DNA from: Balanoglossus misakiensis
Taxonomy: Eukaryota > Animalia > Hemichordata
Assembly (NCBI GenBank): GCA_040954595.2
Contig: CM082576.2
Location: forward strand, 17,531,028-17,595,027
Length of the DNA stretch: 64,000 nt
Reading direction: 5' to 3'
The position numbers and the translations under genes are program-made. Position 1 is the first letter of the stretch. Every line of letters begins with the position of its first letter. Below are positions 1 through 10,940 of this stretch, in pieces. A model generated the notes under the pieces. It did no database searches. It worked only from the letters and a program-made list of their open reading frames with translations, and had not been told where the DNA came from.

Positions 1-707
1 TCCTTAGGCCCCTAATTGCAATTAATTACCGTGCCTATCGTATATTGGAGAGAAAGGGTTTGTCTTGGTATGTTATGCAAAACACTTGAATGATGAATTT
101 ATAAAAGAAAGAAATTGACGTTTATGACATCATTCAGACTAGACGTAACCGACCCCAAAAGGTCCCAATGGTATATTAACATCATATACCAAATTGGACT
201 TAAAAAGCCAAAAATTGAAAGCTGTTTGAATTTCTGCGACTATTAACCCAAAGGAAGCTTTAGCCTACTAACACACACACAGCACGAGAACGAACGGTTT
301 GTCTTGCTAAAATAGATGTTCTGCAAAATAAAATTAAACAACTTGAATGATTATGGAATTAAGGTAGTTAGAGAAAACATGAATTTAAAGAAAAAAAGAA
401 AAAAAATGTGAAGATTATTTAGGCCTAATAGGAAAGTTTAAAAACAACAAAATGAAGACTGCTTGAATTTCTGCGACAATAAACTCAACGTAAGCCAACA
501 CTACTCACTCCGAGCCCGACCTGGTAATTTGTATCGACCGACTATAGCTTAGGCCTATACGGGAGAGAACGGTTTATGAACTTATGTTCTACAAAAATGA
601 TCATGAAATTAAAGAATTTGGGGAAAAAAATTAAAAAATGGACGTTTACGACGACAAAAAAGAAGCATTTTTAATGCAAAAGTTACGAAAAAAGAAAAAT
701 TGAATTC

Positions 708-827
708 AAGCCTACGGCACGTGGTATTCCCAGGCGGTCACCCATCCAAGTACTAACCACGCCCAACGCAGCTTAACTTCGGTGATCGGACGAGAACCGG
801 TGTATTCGACGTGGTATGGCCGTAGGC
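708..827 (-). rRNA. 5S rRNA copy 1
   Basis: Reverse complement GCCTACGGCCATACCACG...AGTTAAGC (box A)...TACTTGGATGGGTGACCGCCTGGGAATAC...GTAGGCTT; 120 nt, typical metazoan 5S. Confidence 0.98.
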
Positions 828-2002
828 AAAGACTGCTTGAATTTAAGCCAACGGAAGCTTCACTAACACATAGGCGTACACACAGAGCACGCGGCACGAT
901 AATTTGTGTGCGTGGCTAGCTGATTGACCGACCCTATCTTACAATTTATATGGGAGAGAGCGGTTTTGTCTTGTTATATCCTGCAAAAAGTGACCATCGG
1001 TGGAGAAATAATGCATGACGTGATAATTTGTGTGTGGCCGATCGACCGTCCCTGTCTTTGTACGTATGTTATGCAAAACACAGTGTTCGAAAAACGCCTG
1101 TCCGTCCGACAGTCCGAGGCTGGTTGTTTTTCCCACCACTGAGACTGGTAGAAAAAAGTGACCAGGTTGAATATTTAGGCCTAGCGTAGAGTTGACTTGT
1201 TTGCGGTATCATATAGACGTATACGTGACCCCATCGTGACCCTGGCTGTCCGGGATAGCACCACCAACGATATCTTTTAGACCATCTTCTGTTCCTTAGG
1301 CCCCTAATTGCAATTAATTACCGTCCCTATCGTATATTGGAGAGAAAAGGTTTGTCTTGGTATGTTATGCAAAACACTTGAATGATGAATTTAAAAAAGA
1401 AAGAAATTGACGTTTATGACATCATTCAGACTAGACGTAACCGACCCCAAAAGGTCCCAATGGTATATTAACATCATACACCAAATTGGACTTAAAAAGC
1501 CAAAAATTGAAAGCTGTTTGAATTTCTGCGACTATTAACCCAAAGGAAGCTTTAGCCTACTAACACACACACAGCACGAGAACGAACGGGTTTGTCTTGC
1601 TAAAATAGATGTTCTGCAAAATAAAATTAAAAAAAATTGAATGATTATGGAATTAAGGTAGTTAGAGAAAACATGAATTTAAAGAAAAAAAAGAAAAAAA
1701 ATGTGAAGATTATTTAGGCCTAATAGGAAAGTTTAAAAACAACAAAATGAAGACTGCTTGAATTTCTGCGACAATAAACTCAACGTAAGCCAACACTACT
1801 CACTCCGAGCCCGACCTGGTAATTTGTATCGACCGACTATAGCTTAGGCCTATACGGGAGAGAACGGTTTATGAACTTATGTTCTACAAAAATGATCATG
1901 AAATTAAAGAATTTGGGGAAAAAAATTAAAAAATGGACGTTTACGACGACAAAAAAGAAGCATTTTTAATGCAAAAGTTACGAAAAAAGAAAAATTGAAT
2001 TC

Positions 2003-2122
2003 AAGCCTACGGCACGTGGTATTCCCAGGCGGTCACCCATCCAAGTACTAACCACGCCCAACGCAGCTTAACTTCGGTGATCGGACGAGAACCGGTGTAT
2101 TCGACGTGGTATGGCCGTAGGC
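2003..2122 (-). rRNA. 5S rRNA copy 2
   Basis: Same 120-nt sequence as copy 1. Confidence 0.98.
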
Positions 2123-3309
2123 AAAGACTGCTTGAATTTATGCGATTATTAAGCCAACGGAAGCTTCACTAACACATAGGCGTACACACAGAGCACGCGG
2201 CACGATAATTTGTGTGCGTGGCCAGCTGATTGACCGACCCTATCTTACAATTTGTATGGGAGAGAGCGGTTTTGTCTTGTTATATCCTGCAAAAAGTGAC
2301 CATCGGTGGAGAAATAATGCATGACGTGATAACTTGTGTGTGGCCGATCGACCGTCCCTGTCTTTGTGTACACGTATGTTATGCAAAACACAGAGTTCGA
2401 AAAACGCCTGTCCGTCCGACAGTCCGAGGCTGGTTGTTTTTCCCACCACTGAGACTGGTAGAAAAAAGTGACCAGGTTGAATATTTAGGCCTAGCGTAGA
2501 GTTGACTTGTTTGCGGTATCATATAGACGTATACGTGACCCCATCGTGACCCTGGCTGTCCGGGATAGCACCACCAACGATATCTTTTAGACCATCTTCT
2601 GTTCCTTAGGCCCCTAATTGCAATTAATTACCGTCCCTATCGTATATTGGAGAGAAAGGGTTTGTCTTGGTATGTTATGCAAAACACTTGAATGATGAAT
2701 TTATAAAAGAAAGAAATTGACGTTTATGACATCATTCAGACTAGACGTAACCGACCCCAAAAGGTCCCAATGGTATATTAATATCATATACCAAATTGGA
2801 CTTAAAAAGCCAAAAATTGAAAGCTGTTTGAATTTCTGCGACTATTAACCCAAAGGAAGCTTTAGCCTACTAACACACACACAGCACGAGAACGAACGGT
2901 TTGTCTTGCTAAAATAGATGTTCTGCAAAATAAAATTAAACAACTTGAATGATTATGGAATTAAGGTAGTTAGAGAAAACATGAATTTAAAGAAAAAAAG
3001 AAAAAAAATGTGAAGATTATTTAGGCCTAATAGGAAAGTTTAAAAACAACAAAATGAAGACTGCTTGAATTTCTGCGACAATAAACTCAACGTAAGCCAA
3101 CACTACTCACTCCGAGCCCGACCTGGTAATTTGTATCGACCGACTATAGCTTAGGCCTATACGGGAGAGAACGGTTTATGAACTTATGTTCTACAAAAAT
3201 GATCATGAAATTAAAGAATTTGGGGGAAAAAATTAAAAAATGGACGTTTACGACGACAAAAAAGAAGCATTTTTAATGCAAAAGTTACGAAAAAAGAAAA
3301 ATTGAATTC

Positions 3310-3429
3310 AAGCCTACGGCACGTGGTATTCCCAGGCGGTCACCCATCCAAGTACTAACCACGCCCAACGCAGCTTAACTTCGGTGATCGGACGAGAACC
3401 GGTGTATTCGACGTGGTATGGCCGTAGGC
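3310..3429 (-). rRNA. 5S rRNA copy 3
   Basis: Same 120-nt sequence. Confidence 0.98.
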
Positions 3430-4610
3430 AAAGACTGCTTGAATTTCTGCGATTATTAAGCCAACGGAAGCTTCACTAACACATAGGCGTACACACAGAG
3501 CACGCGGCACGATAATTTGTGTGCGTGGCTAGCTGATTGACCGACCCTATCTTACAATTTATATGGGAGAGAGCGGTTTTGTCTTGTTATATCCTGCAAA
3601 AAGTGACCATCGGTGGAGAAATAATGCATGACGTGATAATTTGTGTGTGGCCGATCGACCGTCCCTGTCTTTGTACGTATGTTATGCAAAACACAGTGTT
3701 CGAAAAACGCCTGTCCGTCCGACAGTCCGAGGCTGGTTGTTTTTCCCACCACTGAGACTGGTAGAAAAAAGTGACAGGTTGAATATTTAGGCCTAGCGTA
3801 GAGTTGACTTGTTTGCCGTATCATATAGACGTATACGTGACCCCATCGTGACCCTGGCTGTCCGGGATAGCACCACCAACGATATCTTTTAGACCATCTT
3901 CTGTTCCTTAGGCCCCTAATTGCAATTAATTACCGTCCCTGTCGTATATAGGAGAGAAAGGGTTTGTCTTGGTATGTTATGCAAAACACTTGAATGATGA
4001 ATTTATAAAAGAAAGAAATTGACGTTTATGACATCATTCAGACTAGACGTAACCGACCCCAAAAGGTCCCAATGGTATATTAACATCATATACCAAATTG
4101 GACTTAAAAAGCCAAAAATTGAAAGCTGTTTGAATTTCTGCGACTATTAACCCAAAGGAAGCTTTAGCCTACTAACACACACACAGCACGAGAACGAACG
4201 GTTTGTCTTGCTAAAATAGATGTTCTGCAAAATAAAATTAAACAACTTGAATGATTATGGAATTAAGGTAGTTAGAGAAAACATGAATTTAAAGAAAAAA
4301 AGAAAAAAAATCTGAAGATAATTTAGGCCTAATAGGAAAGTTTAAAAACAACAAAAAACAACTGCTTGAATTTCTGCGACAATAAACTCAACGTAAGCCA
4401 ACACTACTCACTCCGAGCCCGACCTGGTAATTTGTATCGACCGACTATAGCTTAGGCCTATACGGGAGAGAACGGTTTATGAACTTATGTTCTACAAAAA
4501 TGATCATGAAATTAAAGAATTTGGGGGAAAAAATTAAAAAATGGACGTTTACGACGACAAAAAAGAAGCATTTTTAATGCAAAAGTTACGAAAAAAGAAA
4601 AATTGAATTC

Positions 4611-4730
4611 AAGCCTACGGCACGTGGTATTCCCAGGCGGTCACCCATCCAAGTACTAACCACGCCCAACGCAGCTTAACTTCGGTGATCGGACGAGAAC
4701 CGGTGTATTCGACGTGGTATGGCCGTAGGC
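4611..4730 (-). rRNA. 5S rRNA copy 4
   Basis: Same 120-nt sequence. Confidence 0.98.
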
Positions 4731-5916
4731 AAAGACTGCTTGAATTTCTGCGATTATTAAGCCAACGGAAGCTTCACTAACACATAGGCGTACACACAGA
4801 GCACGCGGCACGATAATTTGTGTGCGTGGCTAGCTGATTGACCGACCCTATCTTACAATTTATATGGGAGAGAGCGGTTTTGTCTTGTTATATCCTGCAA
4901 AAAGTGACCATCGGTGGAGAAATAATGCATGACGTGATAACTTGTGTGTGGCCGATCGACCGTCCCTGTCTTTGTGTACACGTATGTTATGCAAAACACA
5001 GTGTTCGAAAAACGCCTGTCCGTCCGACAGTCCGAGGCTGGTTGTTTTTCCCACCACTGAGACTGGTAGAAAAAAGTGACCAGGTTGAATATTTAGGCCT
5101 AGCGTAGAGTTGACTTGTTTGCGGTATCATATAGACGTATACGTGACCCCATCGTGACCCTGGCTGTCCGGGATAGCACCACCAACGATATCTTTTAGAC
5201 CATCTTCTGTTCCTTAGGCCCCTAATTGCAATTAATTACCGTCCCTATCGTATATAGGAGAGAAAGGGTTTGTCTTGGTATGTTATGCAAAACACTTGAA
5301 TGATGAATTTATAAAAGAAAGAAATTGACGTTTATGACATCATTCAGACTAGACGTAACCGACCCCAAAAGGTCCCAATGGTATATTAACATCATATACC
5401 AATTGGACTTAAAAAGCCAAAAATTGAAAGCTGTTTGAATTTCTGCGACTATTAACCCAAAGGAAGCTTTAGCCTACTAACACACACACAGCACGAGAAC
5501 GAACGGTTTGTCTTGCTAAAATAGATGTTCTGCAAAATAAAATTAAACAACTTGAATGATTATGGAATTAAGGTAGTTAGAGAAAACATGAATTTAAAGA
5601 AAAAAAGAAAAAAAATGTGAAGATTATTTAGGCCTAATAGGAAAGTTTAAAAACAACAAAATGAAGACTGCTTGAATTTCTGCGACAATAAACTCAACGT
5701 AAGCCAACACTACTCACTCCGAGCCCGACCTGGTAATTTGTATCGACCGACTATAGCTTAGGCCTATACGGGAGAGAACGGTTTATGAACTTATGTTCTA
5801 CAAAAATGATCATGAAATTAAAGAATTTGGGGAAAAAAATTAAAAAATGGACGTTTACGACGACAAAAAAGAAGCATTTTTAATGCAAAAGTTACGAAAA
5901 AAGAAAAATTGAATTC

Positions 5917-6036
5917 AAGCCTACGGCACGTGGTATTCCCAGGCGGTCACCCATCCAAGTACTAACCACGCCCAACGCAGCTTAACTTCGGTGATCGGAC
6001 GAGAACCGGTGTATTCGACGTGGTATGGCCGTAGGC
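5917..6036 (-). rRNA. 5S rRNA copy 5
   Basis: Same 120-nt sequence. Confidence 0.98.
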
Positions 6037-7217
6037 AAAGACTGCTTGAATTTCTGCGATTATTAAGCCAACGGAAGCTTCACTAACACATAGGCGTACA
6101 CACAGAGCATGCGGCACGATAATTTGTGTGCGTGGCTAGCTGATTGACCGACCCTATCTTACAATTTATATGGGAGAGAGCGGTTTTGTCTTGTTATATC
6201 CTGCAAAAAGTGACCATCGGTGGAGAAATAATGCATGACGTGATAATTTGTGTATGGCCGATCGACCGTCCCTGTCTTTGTACGTATGTTATGCAAAACA
6301 CAGTGTTCGAAAAACGCCTGTCCGTCCGACAGTCCGAGGTTGGTTGTTTTTCCCACCACTGAGACTGGTAGAAAAAAGTGACCAGGTTGAATATTTAGGC
6401 CTAGCGTAGAGTTGACTTGTTTGCGGTATCATATAGACGTATACGTGACCCCATCGTGACCCTGGCTGTCCGGGATAGCACCACCAACGATATCTTTTAG
6501 ACCATCTTCTGTTCCTTAGGCCCCTAATTGCAATTAATTACCGTCCCTATCGTATATAGGAGAGAAAGGGTTTGTCTTGGTATGTTATGCAAAACACTTG
6601 AATGATGAATTTATAAAAGAAAGAAATTGACGTTTATGACATCATTCAGACTAGACGTAACCGACCCCAAAAGGTCCCAATGGTATATTAACATCATATA
6701 CCAAATTGGACTTAAAAAGCCAAAAATTGAAAGCTGTTTGAATTTCTGCGACTATTAACCCAAAGGAAGCTTTAGCCTACTAACACACACACAGCACGAG
6801 AACGAACGGGTTTGTCTTGCTAAAATAGATGTTCTGCAAAATAAAATTAAAAAATTGAATGATTATGGAATTAAGGTAGTTAGAGAAAACATGAATTTAA
6901 AGAAAAAAGAAAAAAAATGTGAAGATTATTTAGGCCTAATAGGAAAGTTTAAAAACAACAAAAAACAACTGCTTGAATTTCTGCGACAATAAACTCAACG
7001 TAAGCCAACACTACTCACTCCGAGCCCGACCTGGTAATTTGTATCGACCGACTATAGCTTAGGCCTATACGGGAGAGAACGGTTTATGAACTTATGTTCT
7101 ACAAAAATGATCATGAAATTAAAGAATTTGGGGAAAAAAATTAAAAAATGGACGTTTACGACGACAAAAAAGAAGCATTTTTAATGCAAAAGTTACGAAT
7201 TAAGAAAAATTGAATTC

Positions 7218-7337
7218 AAGCCTACGGCACGTGGTATTCCCAGGCGGTCACCCATCCAAGTACTAACCACGCCCAACGCAGCTTAACTTCGGTGATCGGA
7301 CGAGAACCGGTGTATTCGACGTGGTATGGCCGTAGGC
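7218..7337 (-). rRNA. 5S rRNA copy 6
   Basis: Same 120-nt sequence. Confidence 0.98.
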
Positions 7338-8520
7338 AAAGACTGCTTGAATTTCTGCGATTAAGCCAACGGAAGCTTCACTAACACATAGGCGTACACA
7401 CAGAGCACGCGGCACGATAATTTGTGTGCGTGGCTAGCTGATTGACCGACCCTATCTTACAATTTATATGGGAGAGAGCGGTTTTGTCTTGTTATATCCT
7501 GCAAAAAGTGACCATCGGTGGAGAAATAATGCATGACGTGATAATTTGTGTGTGGCCGATCGACCGTCCCTGTCTTTGTACGTATGTTATGCAAAACACA
7601 GTGTTCGAAAAACGCCTGTCCGTCCGACAGTCCGAGGCTGGTTGTTTTTCCCACCACTGAGACTGGTAGAAAAAAGTGACCAGGTTGAATATTTAGGCCT
7701 AGCGTAGAGTTGACTTGTTTGCGGTATCATATAGACGTATACGTGACCCCATCGTGACCCTGGCTGTCCGGGATAGCACCACCAACGATATCTTTTAGAC
7801 CATCTTCTGTTCCTTAGGCCCCTAATTGCAATTAATTACCGTCCCTATCGTATATTGGAGAGAAAAGGTTTGTCTTCGTATGTTATGCAAAACACTTGAA
7901 TGATGAATTTAAAAAAGAAAGAAATTGACGTTTATGACATCATTCAGACTAGACGTAACCGACCCCAAAAGGTCCCAATGGTATATTAACATCATACACC
8001 AAATTGGACTTAAAAAGCCAAAAATTGAAAGCTGTTTGAATTTCTGCGACTATTAACCCAAAGGAAGCTTTAGCCTACTAACACACACACAGCACGAGAA
8101 CGAACGGGTTTGTCTTGCTAAAATAGATGTTCTGCAAAATAAAATTAAAAAAAATTGAATGATTATGGAATTAAGGTAGTTAGAGAAAACATGAATTTAA
8201 AGAAAAAAAAGAAAAAAAATGTGAAGATTATTTAGGCCTAATAGGAAAGTTTAAAAACAACAAAATGAAGACTGCTTGAATTTCTGCGACAATAAACTCA
8301 ACGTAAGCCAACACTACTCACTCCGAGCCCGACCTGGTAATTTGTATCGACCGACTATAGCTTAGGCCTATACGGGAGAGAACGGTTTATGAACTTATGT
8401 TCTACAAAAATGATCATGAAATTAAAGAATTTGGGGAAAAAAATTAAAAAATGGACGTTTACGACGACAAAAAAGAAGCATTTTTAATGCAAAAGTTACG
8501 AAAAAAGAAAAATTGAATTC

Positions 8521-8640
8521 AAGCCTACGGCACGTGGTATTCCCAGGCGGTCACCAATCCAAGTACTAACCACGCCCAACGCAGCTTAACTTCGGTGATC
8601 GGACGAGAACCGGTGTATTCGACGTGGTATGGCCGTAGGC
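8521..8640 (-). rRNA. 5S rRNA copy 7 (G85T variant in box C)
   Basis: 'tcaccaatcc' replaces 'tcacccatcc' at 8556. Confidence 0.95.
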
Positions 8641-9827
8641 AAAGACTGCTTGAATTTATGCGATTATTAAGCCAACGGAAGCTTCACTAACACATAGGCG
8701 TACACACAGAGCACGCGGCACGATAATTTGTGTGCGTGGCCAGCTGATTGACCGACCCTATCTTACAATTTGTATGGGAGAGAGCGGTTTTGTCTTGTTA
8801 TATCCTGCAAAAAGTGACCATCGGTGGAGAAATAATGCATGACGTGATAACTTGTGTGTGGCCGATCGACCGTCCCTGTCTTTGTGTACACGTATGTTAT
8901 GCAAAACACAGAGTTCGAAAAACGCCTGTCCGTCCGACAGTCCGAGGCTGGTTGTTTTTCCCACCACTGAGACTGGTAGAAAAAAGTGACCAGGTTGAAT
9001 ATTTAGGCCTAGCGTAGAGTTGACTTGTTTTCGGTATCATATAGACGTATACGTGACCCCATCGTGACCCTGGCTGTCCGGGATAGCACCACCAACGATA
9101 TCTTTTAGACCATCTTCTGTTCCTTAGGCCCCTAATTGCAATTAATTACCGTCCTTATCGTATATTGGAGAGAAAGGGTTTGTCTTGGTATGTTATGCAA
9201 AACACTTGAATGATGAATTTATAAAAGAAAGAAATTGACGTTTATGACATCATTCAGACTAGACGTAACCGACCCCAAAAGGTCCCAATGGTATATTAAC
9301 ATCATATACCAAATTGGACTTAAAAAGCCAAAAATTGAAAGCTGTTTGAATTTCTGCGACTATTAACCCAAAGGAAGCTTTAGCCTACTAATACACACAC
9401 AGCACGAGAACGAACGGTTTGTCTTGCTAAAATAGATGTTCTGCAAAATAAAATTAAACAACTTGAATGATTATGGAATTAAGGTAGTTAGAGAAAACAT
9501 GAATTTAAAGAAAAAAAGAAAAAAAATGTGAAGATTATTTAGGCCTAATAGGAAAGTTTAAAAACAACAAAATGAAGACTGCTTGAATTTCTGCGACAAT
9601 AAACTCAACGTAAGCCAACACTACTCACTCCGAGCCCGACCTGGTAATTTGTATCGACCGACTATAGCTTAGGCCTATACGGGAGAGAACGGTTTATGAA
9701 CTTATGTTCTACAAAAATGATCATGAAATTAAAGAATTTGGGGAAAAAAATTAAAAAATGGACGTTTACGACGACAAAAAAGAAGCATTTTTAATGCAAA
9801 AGTTACGAAAAAAGAAAAATTGAATTC

Positions 9828-9947
9828 AAGCCTACGGCACGTGGTATTCCCAGGCGGTCACCCATCCAAGTACTAACCACGCCCAACGCAGCTTAACTTC
9901 GGTGATCGGACGAGAACCGGTGTATTCGACGTGGTATGGCCGTAGGC
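9828..9947 (-). rRNA. 5S rRNA copy 8
   Basis: Same 120-nt sequence. Confidence 0.98.
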
Positions 9948-10630
9948 AAAGACTGCTTGAATTTCTGCGATTATTAAGCCAACGGAAGCTTCACTAACAC
10001 ATAGGCGTACACACAGAGCACGCGGCACGATAATTTGTGTGCGTGGCTAGCTGATTGACCGACCCTATCTTACAATTTATATGGGAGAGAGCGGTTTTGT
10101 CTTGTTATATCCTGCAAAAAGTGACCATCGGTGGAGAAATAATGCATGACGTGATAATTTGTGTGTGGCCGATCGACCGTCCCTGTCTTTGTACGTATGT
10201 TATGCAAAACACAGTGTTCGAAAAACGCCTGTCCGTCCGACAGTCCGAGGCTGGTTGTTTTTCCCACCACTGAGACTGGTAGAAAAAAGTGACCAGGTTG
10301 AATATTTAGGCCTAGCGTAGAGTTGACTTGTTTGCGGTATCATATAGACGTATACGTGACCCCATCGTGACCCTGGCTGTCCGGGATAGCACCACCAACG
10401 ATATCTTTTAGACCATCTTCTGTTCCTTAGGCCCCTAATTGCAATTAATTACCGTCCCTATCGTATATTGGAGAGAAAGGGTTTGTCTTGGTATGTTATG
10501 CAAAACACTTGAATGATGAATTTATAAAAGAAAGAAATTGACGTTTATGACATCATTCAGACTAGACGTAACCGACCCCAAAAGGTCCCAATGGTATATT
10601 AACATCATATACCAAATTGGACTTAAAAAG

Positions 10631-10917
10631 TGTCGGAGACCACACACGGCATATTATAGACTCCGCCCACGATTTGTCTGTCAGACATGTAATCTTCATC
10701 AGACATGTAATTCCTTATTTACTACCCGTGTGACGCCGGTCACCAAACCTATTGTACCAGGTGTGAATGCCAAAGTTCACCACACGGTATATAAACCGCA
10801 GAGTTTGTGACAATAAACTAGACTTGAATTTGGTATTGAAACTCACGCATCTCGTCTCACTTCCCGGCCATTCGTCCCTCTCCACTCCCTGAACCCCTCT
10901 CAAGTGTACGCCGTACA
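10631..10917 (+). repeat. 5' LTR (287 bp)
   Basis: tgtcggagacc...gccgtaca; TATATAAA at ~10788 and AATAAA at ~10812; no difference from the 3' LTR seen by eye. Confidence 0.97.
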
Positions 10918-10922
10918 TTTTA

Positions 10923-10940
10923 TGGTGCCGAGACCAGGAT
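10923..10940 (+). promoter_or_regulatory. Primer-binding site, tRNA-His type
   Basis: TGGTGCCGAGACCAGGAT, 5 nt after the LTR; from memory one mismatch to the complement of the invertebrate tRNA-His 3' end (TGGTGCCGTGACCAGGAT). Confidence 0.75.

Noticed and set aside
712-897. 61-aa minus-strand ORF
   Set aside because: It is a translation of the 5S gene, opened by the 11-bp deletion in copy 1
1085-1275. GC-richer spacer segment as a linked snRNA, SL RNA, tRNA or ribozyme
   Set aside because: No Sm site, cloverleaf or complete hammerhead core (CUGANGA...GAAA with stems) recognised; an Infernal/Rfam scan would settle it
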